From: Blepharisma stoltei ATCC 30299
Lineage: Eukaryota > Protista > Ciliophora
DNA length: 64,000 nucleotides
Assembly: GCA_965603825.1 (NCBI GenBank)
Contig: CBFDEM010000021.1
Span: 434,001-498,000, forward strand
Direction: 5' to 3'
A program made the position numbers and the translations under genes. Shown here piece after piece: positions 1 to 12,333 of this stretch (position 1 is its first letter; every line of letters starts with the position of its first letter). A model generated the notes under the pieces. That model did no database searches. It was not told the origin of the DNA and saw nothing but the letters and a program-made list of their open reading frames with translations.

Positions 1-551
1 GAAGGGCTCGCACAGCTCCAAATCTAAGCAAAGCTTTAAACGAGCTGAGAACCTTCCAGAGAACTACCAAGCTGAAAGAAGCTATAAGAGTTCACTTGTC
101 AAGCCAAATTATTTCTCAAGAAGATGCCCAAGAATTAAAGCAGTCTTTTCATGCTCTTGACAAAAATGGCGATGGAAAAATAACTAAAGAAGAGCTGAGC
201 GAAATCTATAAAATGTCACTTGGACAAGACGAAGCCGTTAAAGAAGCAGAAAGAATCATGGATGAAATAGATAGAGATAGGAATGGGTATATAGATTATT
301 CAGAATTCTTACAAATATGTCTTCAAGAAAATCGACACTTAAGTAAGGAAAATCTTATTCAATCGTTTAAAGTTTTTGATGCGGATAGTGATGGAAAGAT
401 CTCTGCTGAAGAGCTGAAGAATGTCCTCGAAACCGATGAATTGGCAGCTGACCATGTGTGGAGTGATCTAATAAAGGAAGCAGATACAAACGGAGATGGG
501 GTTATTGACCTTAAGGAGTTTATCTCATTAATGAGCAAAAAACTCAGATAA
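1..551 (+). CDS. Calcium-dependent protein kinase, C-terminal part (junction plus 4 EF-hands); 5' truncated by the window
   Basis: Frame open from position 3: junction LNELRTFQRTTKLKEAI, then four EF-hands (DKNGDGKIT, DRDRNGYID, DADSDGKIS, DTNGDGVID); TAA 549-551. Confidence 0.85.
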   Translation, partial: RARTAPNLSKALNELRTFQRTTKLKEAIRVHLSSQIISQEDAQELKQSFHALDKNGDGKITKEELSEIYKMSLGQDEAVKEAERIMDEIDRDRNGYIDYSEFLQICLQENRHLSKENLIQSFKVFDADSDGKISAEELKNVLETDELAADHVWSDLIKEADTNGDGVIDLKEFISLMSKKLR

Positions 552-811
552 AGATTTAAATTTAAAATGTGATTTTAAATTAAACTCTTTACATAAAGTG
601 TTTCAATTATCATTAAAAAACATAATGAGCACCAAGATTCAAGACCATAGAAACATATATATAATATATATTAATCTTGCTGATTAAAATAATCCTAAAT
701 GGTTATATATTTGAAATAATTGCATAAAATCTCTAAAAAAAAAATTTCTGATATTATAAAAGTCGTAAAAAACCAGATTTTTGTACATGTTTATTAAGTA
801 AGTTCTTAAGT

Positions 812-2578
812 ATGGAGAAGCCAAGTGAAAATGATTGTAGTCAAGCTGAAGAAGATGGAGAGGATCTGCATAGCTTAGTTGTAAGTCATACAGACAACAG
901 GAATGAAGTTGTGGAAGTCTCGCCAAAAGGACGCTTTTTTAGGGTATAATCTATTTAGTTCAATGACGAACTCGGCTCTGGAGCTTTTAAAGTGGTTTAT
1001 CGAGGTCTAGATAATGACAATGGGTGTGAAGTTGCCTGAAATACCATCAGCTTAAAAAATCTCCCTGAAAGCGACCGAGTTCATATTGCCGAAGAAGTCA
1101 AGCTGAATCGAAGGTTAAATCATCCGAACATAGTCCACTTTATCGCTGCCTGGACAAATCCAAACAAAGAAGAACTTGTCTTAATAACTGAATTGATCAC
1201 TGGAGGCTCTCTGAAGCAGTACCTCAAAAAAATCCGCCACCCAAGACTTAAAGTTATCAAGCATTGATGCAAGGGAATTTTGCAAGGCCTGCAATACCTT
1301 CATTCTCAGAAAATAATTCATCGAGATCTGAAGTGTGACAACATCTTTATTATGTCGAACACTGGGGATGTAAAAATTGGCGATTTTGGTCTATCGACAA
1401 TTATGAGGAATCAGCTGCAGACTTCAGTTCTAGGAACACCAGAATATATGGCTCCAGAAATCTACGAAGGAAGCTATGATACCAAAGTAGACGTCTTCTC
1501 GTTTGGCATGTGCGTGCTGGAAATGTGCACCTTATCGCCTCCTTATAGAGAGTGCCAGTCACAAGCGGCAATATACAAAAAGGTTCTGAACCGGCTACTC
1601 CCTGACTCAATACAGACAATCCAAAATGAAGAAGTTAGGAACTTTATTTGTTTATGCTTAGAATTAGTAGAGACTAGGCCAACAGTAGATGAACTTCTGA
1701 AGCATGAGTTCTTGGTAATGGACGAAAAAGACCCCAACAACCACCAGCCTGTTCCTTTAATCAGCTTAAGTGATGTGAGTCCAAATTCTTTGTCTATGGT
1801 TTCGTCTCCCAAATCAGCGGAAAACGCTCAAATAGAGAGCTCTTTAATTATAAAAGATAATCTTGGGATCCTCAGGCAAGTCAGCTTCACTTTTGATTTT
1901 GCCTCTGACACTCCTGAAAAAGTGGCAGAAGAAATGGTGCAGGAACTTGATTTAGATCCTGCTCTCGTGATCCCAATAGCTAATGAAATAGAAATGCTCG
2001 TTTTCTCTAGCAAGTCCTACAAGCAGATAAGTGTTACTAGCGACCCTCGCACAGAAGATTTAATTGATATAGCGCCAGTGCCAGAGCAAAACCCAGAAAT
2101 GCAAATAAAAGTCCCCACGAACTTCTTCAGCGACCATTGTGCCTATTCATCAAAAACTCTTAACCGCTCCAATTCTACAATAAGTGAGTCAAAGATGGTC
2201 GAGCTGAATATTGAAGATCTTGTGATTAGCGAAGAACCAGGCTTGGAATATTATAAGCGAGACCCCTCTCAAGAGAATGAGAATGGAGAAGACGAGTTCA
2301 GTGAGGCTGACATTGTTTCACTGAGACGAGGTTCGCCTCAAAATAACAGAAAAGTTGTAAAACAGCTGCAGAGGGCGTTGGGAGAAGTCCTCAAGACACA
2401 TGTGAAGGTGGATGGGTTTTTTGGGAAAAAAGTTGAATCGTTGATTAAGGAGTTCCAAGAAGCTCATGGAATCGCACCTGATGGCTTGATCTCATCAGAT
2501 TTATGGAGCTGCTTGATGAGCGAGTTCACGAGGTGCAAAGAGGGGTCTCTTGGGGATATTATTATTCCAACAGAATAA
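812..2578 (+). CDS. WNK: WNK-family Ser/Thr kinase with CCT-like domain and C-terminal peptidoglycan-binding-like domain (~583 aa)
   Basis: ATG 812; intron 944-958; GSGAFKVVY (Lys in G-loop), EVAWN (TGA 1037), KHWC (TGA 1265), HRDLKCDNIF, GTPEYMAPE; VSFTFDFASDTPEKVAEEMV CCT-like motif. Confidence 0.92.
944..958 (+). other. 15-nt spliceosomal intron
   Basis: GTATAATCTATTTAG; removes in-frame TAA and joins GRFFR/FNDELG. Confidence 0.92.
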
Positions 2579-2690
2579 TAGAATGGTGACATAGTTAATC
2601 TTTGATTACATGCTAGTTGGATTTAATCATAATTTATTTTATTAATAAGATTTTAAAACCACTTAAAATAGTAAGTATGTTGATTATCAT

Positions 2691-3347
2691 CTAAATGACC
2701 AGGATAAACCAGCCTAGAAATAGGTAGAAAAGAATCACTGGATACTCTGCTAAAACTTTTCTGCTCTCTGGCACAAGTTGGGTCATAAAACCAATTGATG
2801 ACAGTGTAGACCATGCAAATCCTGCTAAAACAATCGGAATTTTGATATAAGGCACAAATCCCAAAATGATTACAAGTAATGATGCCACATTCATCGGGAA
2901 AATGCAATACCCAAGCAAGCATACACTTTGGAAGAATGATACATTCCCTCCAAGAAGCTGGGCGTTGATAGTTACAATTGCAGCACCAACCCAAACAACA
3001 ACAAATACTATCCCGAACACCAAACTTGCAGTGTCTTGTTCAGAATTTCCTGATGAACTTGATATTGACAAAGTAAGTGCCAAAAATAAGCAAAGAAGTA
3101 GAGGTCCCCATAAATCCCAGTCTCGAAGCTGTTTGGCTTTTTCCTGCTCAGCAGATCTAGGGATCAGCACATATTTCAGCTTAAATGCAATTCTCTTTAA
3201 ATCGCGCAACTAAATATTTCTTACAATTGTTTCAGATACTGGCTCTTCAAGTGTATTTTCTGCTTCTGGTTGAGCTCCACCCATATGGCCAAGCTGATCA
3301 CTTCTAGGACCTTGTTGAAGAGTGATGTTACCACTAAGTCCAGCCAT
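2691..3347 (-). CDS. Yip1-domain Golgi membrane protein (YIPF6-like)
   Basis: NTLEEPVSETI/LRDL joined by intron 3210-3224; RDWDLWGPL, VCLLGYCIFP, YPVILFY motifs. Confidence 0.92.
3210..3224 (-). other. 15-nt intron
   Basis: GTAAGAAATATTTAG; restores the conserved Yip1 motif. Confidence 0.92.
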
Positions 3348-3777
3348 TATAAAAATAAGATTTTAGCAGATAAAAATTAATTCCAATACACACATAAAAC
3401 TTAAGGATTAGCCAATAAATGAGAAAGCGGACAAAATATCATAAATATTCATACTTTTTGACTAATAAAATTCATTTTATTATTAATGGCGAGTTTGGCT
3501 AGATTTAATTATTAGCTGGAGCTATTATCTGCGTTGCATCATATCATTTCTCCTCTTTTGAGTCAAAAGTATTGACAAAGCTTTTTTTAAAAGAAACTCT
3601 TTATAAAACAGAAATCTTTTATGTTTCATTTCTATAAATACTCAGAATCAAAAGGTTTAGAGTTAGTTTTCAACTAAGTATATCTTGCTTTCTAAATTAT
3701 CTATTAAATCCTCTCTGGTAAATTCCATAATTTGATTTATAAAATATCAATGCCAAAGATGTAATATAGAAATTAAT

Positions 3778-5847
3778 ATGTTTGATTTTCAATCTTCTCA
3801 AGTTTCGCAAGGCCCATTCACTACATCCCACAAAAACCAAAGAATCTTTCGAGCTAGTTTTTCTCCCATACATAATAAAAGAAAGTTGAATAATCAAAAA
3901 AACGTGTACTACCCAGATGAAGTAGAAATCCTCCAACCTGAGAAGCCTATTTCTTCAAAGCGCGCCCTAGAACTCTTGCATCAACTAAAAGAGCAGCCAC
4001 AAACTTCACATCTTATCAAGAAAGAATTCCTGAGAAGTAAAACTACAGAACCTGATCCTTTTGAGCTCCAAAAAAAGATTTCGTTGGAAATGCATCCTCT
4101 ATGGCAGGAGAGTTTGAAAGTTTGGCTAAATGCAATAGAACCTGAAGTCACCGCAAGATCTGATGGTGAAACAATCCAAACAATTTCATATGACAAATTC
4201 AAGGACCTTCGGCTCTGCATCTACATGTCTCTAAACCCAGAATTCAAATACGAAGATGCTCTTTGCGACATATGAGAAGAATGAGTAATTCTTACTAATT
4301 CTCACAAAGAATTGAGAGTGCTGAGAGAATATGACTTCTCCAACGGTTCACTCAACTATAAATATCTATCGAAGTTTTTGCAGGAAATTGTTTCGAGAAT
4401 GAGCCCACATCTTGATCCTATTAGCTATGTTTTCATTTTCAACTCGATCATGATGAACTCGTCGGATGGAGAAAGCATTGAAGAATCCAAACTCAGGAAC
4501 TGGAGAAAAATAAGCAAGTTTCCGGCTGCCTTTTTTGATATTATCAAGAAATTGTCGACGAAAAACCCTAGAAAGGTAGAGTTTACGCAATGGTTCCAGC
4601 AAAATTTTGCACATCTTTCTGACATGCAAATGCATGTAACAAATTTGTTGATGGCAGTTTTTCCTGAGGACAACCGAATTCATGATTTATGGAGAAAGTT
4701 TGTGACTCCAAACACGAGTGCGATTTTAGTTGAATGCATTGAAACTCTGAATAATGCTTTGAAGAGCAATGGAGCACTTGGAGCTGAATTTAGTCCCTTA
4801 AGAGACCAAAAAGTTAGGCTCCCTGGCAGGTTAAAAACAAGAGAGGGGGAAGTTAATGAAGAGCCAAAAAAGGTAGAAGTGCTCAGGGATGTAAAGCTGC
4901 CAATAATAGGTAAGTCTTGCTTGCCTAATAAAGAAGGCTCTATTGAAGAAGTATCAAGAGATACCTCAAAGGATCTTCAGATTTCAGATGCGATCATACT
5001 GAATTCTGATTCAAAAAACCAACTTTCAATTATAGAAGACAGGTCTATGAAGACTTTAGAAGTGCTTAAGAATTTCCAAAAGGCCAGCAGCTTAATCTCT
5101 AAATTCACAAATAAATCGTTGGAGTCTGGAGTGCAATCTCCAGAAAGCGAGAAGTTTATGTCTCCCAGGTTTACACCTGAGGATCGCGAATTCAAGCTTC
5201 AGCTAAAGCCAAAGGATGCTGATAGCAATCCTATTCATAGCCAAATGGCGCAGTCTCCAATGAGCACATTGCTGAGCAAAAAGAGATTTTCAACTCCTCA
5301 TCTTCGGGCAAGAAAAGAAGAAATTAATCCAAGAAGTGAAATCTTAGCTTCACCATTAAACAGGAGGAACACTGCTCATTCTGCTAAAGAAAGTACAGTA
5401 AAACGAATTTTAAAGTCTTATGATTCCAAGCCTTCAAAATTAGAAGATAAAAGCGATTCCAAAGACTCTTCTATTATCCTGGTAAATGGGAAAACCCCAG
5501 TTATGTATTATTATGACAGACCACAAAGTAAGCCAAGGGCATCTGAAACACGAAGTGATAGAAGAGACAAATCCAGGATAGCGAATCTTTGGGACAGAAG
5601 AAGCAATGATCCAAAATACAATGGAGAAGCCATTTGAAATGAGTTTTTAAACAAAATGAATAAGTATGTTTTAGTAAACAAAAGACCGCCAACTAAGAAG
5701 AGTGACAAGCGAAGTATGCAAAAGGTAATGCTAAACTATGCAAAGCAAAGGGAGGAGTATTGAAAAAATAAAGTCGAAGCCAGCATATATGGAGAAAATA
5801 TAAATACCCAGTCAGCGTACTTAGAAATTGATGTTGCTAAGTCATAG
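3778..5847 (+). CDS. Hypothetical protein (~689 aa), possible degenerate EF-hand-like region
   Basis: ORFs 3778-4275 and 4312-5637 share a frame and are separated only by TGA codons; first TAG 5845-5847. Confidence 0.75.
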
Positions 5848-5888
5848 TATATCTAAAATGTTATTGTAATTTAAAATTATTATAATTA

Positions 5889-6320
5889 ATGATAAAAGGG
5901 GTAAAAAGGATCTTTAAAAGATGCAAAGCTTTCATCCAAGACTCCAGGCTTAAGAGAATAGAAATAGGAACTGATATGCATGGAAATATTTATTACCAAC
6001 ACTATGATGATCTTGATTTTCCAACTAAAAGAGAAGTAGAGTACAAGGGCGACTGAAGGGATGCAATTATGGATCCAGTGTGGAGTCGGTGGCTCAATGG
6101 GTATGATATTCAACCTCCAAGCAAAGATGAAATAGAAAATAGCTATCAATCTTATCTCAATAGGAAAAAGATCGGAGAAGAGTGAGATAAAAAGGACGAA
6201 TTATTAATGCAAAACTACAGAGAAGCCATGAAAAAGATTAGTTCTATACGAAACGACAACAAAGAATTTGTCCCAGAGGTTTGGACTCCACCTCAGCTTA
6301 ATAAAAATAAGAAATATTAA
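5889..6320 (+). CDS. NDUFA12/NDUFAF2-family complex I protein (143 aa)
   Basis: IGTDMHGNIYYQ...KREVEY...WSRWLNGYDIQPPS; two in-frame TGA; missing from the ORF track. Confidence 0.8.
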
Positions 6321-6575
6321 TTATTTATGTATCCTCCAGATCTAATCATAAGTCTTTTTATTTCATTATCGTTATTATTTTCTTTACATAAAATACAAGC
6401 ATGAATTATAAGTGCCTATTTAGCCAAATTCCTTTATGTGGGAAATCTTATTATCTGTTTCTTATTTAATGAGCTTCAAAACTTTCCGAGCGCTTATAAA
6501 GCAACTGTATGGTCTTTAGAATGTGAGAGCATCAAGCTCTTTTAGCTATATTTTAGTATTCATATAGTATAAAAA

Positions 6576-6821
6576 ATGAATAATAGCATTTCAATACCAT
6601 TGGATGCCCATAGATGAAAATTGTTACGATCAACAAATTGAAAAAAGAAGCCAGCATCTAATCATTTCTATAATGATTTTGTGCTGCTGTCAGTGCTTAT
6701 ATCAGTTATTAAAAATCTTAAAAAAGGTTAATTTTATTTAGGAGATTTTAGTTCTCTTGTAGCTTGTTTTGACTATCTTGAGCACTTAGTTAAGTGTAAA
6801 ATTATTCTTTCCATAAATTAA
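6576..6821 (+). CDS. Possible small protein (76 aa) with a 15-nt intron at 6727-6741
   Basis: AAAAATG start, two TGA read as Trp, consensus intron GTTAATTTTATTTAG removes TAA; no recognisable homology. Confidence 0.3.
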
Positions 6822-7077
6822 AGAAGGCAAAACAGAAATTATTTACCTTTTAATTAAAGAATAGTTTCTTAATCACACCCTGTAAGGCAGAAATTGCATG
6901 GGGTTCTGACTTCGTGCAGAGCAAAAAGATGTGTAAAGCGAATATTTGGATAAATTTAGTAGTTTGAGCCATCTTTTCAGATGTCCTTGAAGTTATTTAT
7001 TTTTGATTGCTATCAATTTAATTTAAAATTTCTAATTACCCAAACCTGAGAAAAGAGATTAAATTTAATAAATAATT

Positions 7078-7968
7078 TTAACTAGCGTTAAATTTCTCAT
7101 CAATAACACGATTCAAAAACTCATAGAATTCCCTTTTCTCATGCATTCTCTCCTCATAAATGCTTCCGCTGAAGTTCATTATTTTATTTCTCAAAGTATC
7201 CATCAGGTAATACATAATGTGCTTTGTCCCAAAATTAATGAGCCACTGTGGCAAGAAAAACTATATAAAAATCACAATATTGGCATCAGCCTGGGTGATA
7301 AAGACGATTTTGGTCTGAGTAGGAGAAATTGCTTGAGCATACAAGCAGCCTATGTTCACACTCATTCTTTTCTTCCCTCCAGCTGGAGGAGGAACCTCAA
7401 AGTTCATATAATAAGGAGAACGAGGCGACCTCATCACTATGCAAATCGCCTTTTCAGACAGAACTGGAAAGGCAGCAAACTCCAGCATGCACTCTCTATC
7501 AGCGAGAGGCCATGGAAACCAGAAGTTGTAACGTGCAAATTTCCTCGTTTTGGTTGGTTCTTCATAAACAAGGACTTCTTTAAGAACATCAACCCTATAT
7601 GTAAGTTACCATGTAGGAACAAGGTCAATTTCAGAGAGAAACGGAAGAACTTGATGCAGATTGGCGTCGACGATTGCAGTAGCGCGGGTCAGAAAGTCGT
7701 GCCCAGAGCCCTTGCTTTCAGTTTTGATGTTGTGCTTGTTGATGATGACCTTCCAGTCGTCTCCTCTGATGTCACTTATGCAGGTTTCGAAGGCATCCAT
7801 GTCTTCAATGAACTTGGCGAACTCAATGCTCTTGGAAAGCTGGTCTCTGAAACTTGAGTCTTCCTCACAGCATTTTTCAAGCTTTTTGTGATATTTTAGC
7901 AGACCATCTAAATCATCGTGGTAGAAAGCTTCTTTAAAGCTCAGAAGGCACTTTTCGAATTTTGGCAT
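7078..7968 (-). CDS. START-domain lipid-binding protein; start codon uncertain
   Basis: Introns 7595-7609 and 7261-7275 join EIDLVPTWV...FWFPWPLADRE...DANIFFLPQWLINF; TAA 7078-7080. Confidence 0.82.
7261..7275 (-). other. 15-nt intron
   Basis: GTGATTTTTATATAG; removes in-frame TAG. Confidence 0.85.
7595..7609 (-). other. 15-nt intron
   Basis: GTAACTTACATATAG; removes in-frame TAA. Confidence 0.88.
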
Positions 7969-8682
7969 TGGATGGAAAATAAATGGCTGTCTGTATATGA
8001 GACTGAATGCAGCTCATCTTTATTTAAACTAATAAGAAAATAGATCAAAATGGCCTGGAGAATTATTTCTCAGGCTCCCAAATTTTAAGTCATTAGCTTA
8101 ATATAAATTAAACTCTTTAGCTTTTCTTGCTAATTCCAGCGTTTTTATGAATTATCTGGGATGTCGTCTTCTTAACGCTTTTATTATTTTAAATTTCAGT
8201 CTATTATCATAAAAGAAGGCAATAACGCTAATTTGTTGTCCTCTTGTGTTTAGTAACTGTTTTAGCCTTTCGCAATGTAAAAAATCAGTCAAGCTTTTTA
8301 ATCGAATTAATATCTTTTGTCAGGTCAACAATAAAGCAATGGGACCTTAATTTGATTGTATTCATCATAGCTGTATCCTCTGAGGTTGAATGCTTACAAG
8401 CATTATATATAAAAAAGAGACAATTATTTAATATTAATTAAAACAAAGGATTATAATTACTAAATAGAATTAAATCAGTATTCAAGCCAAACAATAATTT
8501 TATAAATGATTAAATTTAATTGTTAAATATAGTTTTTTATTAATATTTATTATATTGAGGCCCAATAGCTCATACCCTACAAGCTCTTTAATCGGTATAT
8601 TTAAATTAAATTGTTGGGTATGTTCAAATACTTTATACCCCTATAAAATTGGATTTATAATTTATTTTACAGATTAGTTATT

Positions 8683-10017
8683 TTAATTGGAATTTTTTTC
8701 AAGCAAATTTCGAAAGTCACTTGGCTTTCTCAAGCAGCCTAGCTCTCTTTCCCAGCTCATTTCCAAGGTTTTACTTTCGAGCTCTGCTCTATCTGAATTA
8801 GAACTTGAAGTCATATCTGATCCTAAGCTACTTGCAATTTCTCTATGAATTAATCCTTTATGATGATTCAAAAGCCATGCATCTCTACTTGATTCATCAA
8901 TACTTGGTCTTTCTTTAGGATTTTTTCTCAGCAGTTTAGATACAAAATTAAATAATCCGTAACTGTAATGATTCCAAATTTTTTCAGAAAAACAAATTTT
9001 GCATTTTTTGTTTGATAGAAGTCTTTCTTCTACATTACCGATAGAGAAAGGCGAATTTCTGGTCAGCATAGTATAAATCACAACGCCTGTGCTAAAAATA
9101 TCAACTTTTGGACCATATTTTGATTTCTTGAGGATTTCTGGTGCCATATATCCTGGCGATCCACAAACTTGAAACAATGAATCGTCAGAATTGCAAGCCA
9201 GACCGAAATCGCATAATTTAAATTCTAATGGCCGATGAGATACCACAAGAATATTTTCAAGCTTAATGTCTCTATGAATCACATGCTGATCTTTAAGATA
9301 TCTAAGGACATCAAGCATTTTGATAGCGAATCTTCTTATGGTTTTTTCAGAAAATCTGTCTTTTCTATCAAGAGCACTCAAAAGGTCTTTTCCAGCAACA
9401 TATTCCATAACCAAATAAAGATAATATGACGTTTCGTATACGTGAAACAGTTTCACAATCCTGGGATGGTCTAGCTTCCTCTGAATAGAAATTTCATTAG
9501 CAAGTGACTCGAGAGATTTATTCTTGGTGAGATAAGGACTCTTTTCGATACTTTTGACAGCGTAGTATTTTTGATCGATTTTGTTTTGGGCTAGGTAAAC
9601 GGTTGTGTCTTCTCCATAGCTGAGAGTTTCAGAGATAATAAAATCACTATTGAAGCTCTTAAGAATAGCAATTTTTGAAAGAATGCCATATCATATTTCA
9701 TATTCATCGTAATTTATTGCATAAAATGTCTTAGAGAAATTTCCTCTTGCTAAATTAAATCCATGATATACGCTATTATATATTGTCTGTGTAATTGGCT
9801 GCATGACTGTGAACTCCAGATTATGTGACTTAATTGGTTGCCCTGATTGAGATTTATAAATTAAATTTGTTCCTTCAATTGAAAATCTTTGGGTTTTTTG
9901 TGTTCCTTTAATGAAAATCATTAGTAGACCTTCATAAAAAGGCTTGGAATCTTTAAGAGGGGTGCTCCTGATCCAAAAGGACTGAGTAGGCCTTATTGCA
10001 GAAAATATTGAATCCAT
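8683..10017 (-). CDS. CAMK-group Ser/Thr kinase with N-terminal PH-like domain (444 aa)
   Basis: TGA 9691-9693 falls at the PH C-terminal helix Trp; YAVK, HRDIKLEN, DFG, GSPGYMAPE. Confidence 0.88.
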
Positions 10018-10821
10018 TTTAATTTATATTTTTTGATTTTTCCTGTAAATTATTTTATGTTTATCGGTTTTAAAATGGAATTGCAAAGCAGGCAAAAATT
10101 TATAAAAGAAATTTTTTGCATTGTCTCTGTTTTAAGAAATTTTTCTTGCTTTGGTCATACAAATATGTTAGAGCTATAAATATTTCGTTCGGAAATCATA
10201 TTTAAGATGAATCGAATTATTATTAAGAAAATTTTATCATAAAATCTGTCTAAAAAGTTCTGATTAAGATGATATGTTCAATTAAATTGTTGCAAAATAG
10301 TATATCTTTATTAAATAATTTATTGTTATGCGCTTAAACGGTAATGAATAGGCTATATTTACCAATCAATTATTCTCGATAAAAGTTAAATCATCTCATT
10401 TCTTACAACTCCATCAGCTCCAATTTCAAAATCTAAATAACCGAATCATTTTTCTAAAATTAAAACTTTGTTTAAAATGAAATAAAAAAAGTCCTTTCTC
10501 ACATATGAGCTTTAATGCTAATGGCATAAAGCTCATCTGCTTTAATTTTCACCAAACTATTTTTAAACATGATTTTAACCAGCGAATGCATTTCAGAGAT
10601 TGTAACTTTCTTATTATTTTTCATCTCTGAGTGTATAAACCGTTTATTTTTAAGTTTAGATTTCATGGCGATTTGCAAGAAAATAGCATATATATTTATT
10701 TGTTTTATCATCTTTAAGGCTCTCTATTGTTAACTTAGATTGAACAGCTGTTGAAATTCTTAGAGCATGAATGATAATAGTTAGGAGACCCAATTATTAT
10801 ATTTCAAAATTTCACATAAAA

Positions 10822-12216
10822 ATGAAATCAAATTCATTGTAAGTTTTAAGCAGCCTTGAAGTACGCACAATCACATGGTCCAGAGACACTCATGGCCTCT
10901 TCGATTATGAGTCTCGCTCTACAACAAAGTCAAACTTCAAAATCTCCTCCTCATGCTCGATTTTTCGAGCCAACCAAACTTGTTATGCAGTTGCAGACGA
11001 CACTAAAGATATCCATGAAGGTCCAGAGCCTCTCCTCAGTATCAGGAAAAATCTTGGCACCTTCCTAGCCCATCAATTTGGAGAATCCAATGAAAAGCTC
11101 TGATTTGTGGTCAAATATATGAAATCTAATGGATCCAAAGGACACATCATGCATGAAGGTGACTGGCTGAAACTTGGAAGAGTCCGCTTTAGAGTCAAAA
11201 AAATTTCTATAAATAAAGGCTCAAATGTGGACATTCCAGGCTTCCTGGGAGCAATCCCATCTGATATGGAAAACATTGAGCAAGAAGATTCAAACCAAGG
11301 CAACAATCAATGCAGGATTTGCCTTTATGATAACAGTACCAAGGCAGACCCACTCATTAGTCCTTGCAAATGCTCTGGAACTATGAAGTATGTTCATATA
11401 AACTGCTTAAAAGAGTGACTAAAAAATAAAGTGGCAACCAGACAGTCAGAAAGGGCAATTTCCTACTACTGGAAAGACCTTGCTTGTGAACTCTGCAAGA
11501 CAAAACTCCCCTCCTGCATGAATTTCGAAGGCCAAAAGATAGAGCTTGTTAGTATGGCTTATCCTACGAAGTCATATATGATAATTGAAGATTATCGCCC
11601 AGAAAGCAGACAAAGCCATGGTTTGCATATCATTTCTATAGAAGAAGGCCAACTTGCTTTAATAGGCAGAGGGCATGAGTGTGATGTCAAATTATCAGAT
11701 ATCTCTGTAAGCAGACACCACGCAAGAATTAAACTGCAAAATAATCAATTTATTATCGAGGATCAGAATAGTAAATTTGGCACTTTATTGCAGGCAAAGA
11801 AAACAATACCATTGTCATCGCATCATGATGTGACGATCCAGGCAAATCGAACAGTTTTGCATATGTCGTTAAAAGAGCCTTGAAACTGCGGGATGTTTTG
11901 TATGTGTCTTAATAAGCAAGTCATGCCTGTTGAAGAAATTTCTTATTTAACTCAGGAAGGGGGCAACTTTGAAGAGGAAGAGCCAGAAGAAATCGAGGAA
12001 GACGAAGAGTCACAGGCAGTGGGCATGTCTAGTTCTATAAATAGAGGGTCAGATTCAGGGGCTGTACAAAGATTGGTTTTTACTATAAACGCTGAAAGAG
12101 CTGAAGAAGAAAAAAAAGAAGAATCTAAGGAAGAAGAAAGAAAAGAAGACTTCGAGGAGCAAGTCAAGATGAGTGAGCCGAAAGAGCAGAACAGCATAGA
12201 AATGGTCCAGATTTAA
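10822..12216 (+). CDS. RINGv (MARCH-type) plus FHA domain protein (~459 aa)
   Basis: Intron 10839-10853; TWSRDTHGLFDYE; CRIC...PCKCSGTMKYVHINCLKEW (TGA)...CELC; FHA GRGHECD...SVSRHHA...SKFGT. Confidence 0.9.
10839..10853 (+). other. 15-nt intron
   Basis: GTAAGTTTTAAGCAG; removes in-frame TAA. Confidence 0.88.
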
Positions 12217-12333
12217 CTATATCTCAATTTTAATTATGAAATTATATTCTAATTATCGCTAACTTGCACCATTTTTAAGCTTATTTGTGCTCAAGAAAAG
12301 ATAAATTGAATTTAAAAGCATAATTTATTCATC

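Noticed and set aside
944-958. UAA/UAG read-through (ambiguous or Gln-type ciliate code)
   Set aside because: Internal TAA/TAG occur only in or across consensus tiny introns, and long ORFs have none
1037-1039. TGA as selenocysteine or cysteine
   Set aside because: Aligned positions are Trp in the relevant families, not Cys
7141-7857. 238-aa plus-strand ORF
   Set aside because: Antisense shadow of the START gene; no motifs
8053-8076. Hairpin gcctggagaattatttctcaggc
   Set aside because: Single short stem with no recurrence or family support
10499-10711. 70-aa minus-strand ORF
   Set aside because: Intergenic-like AT composition, no motifs or introns
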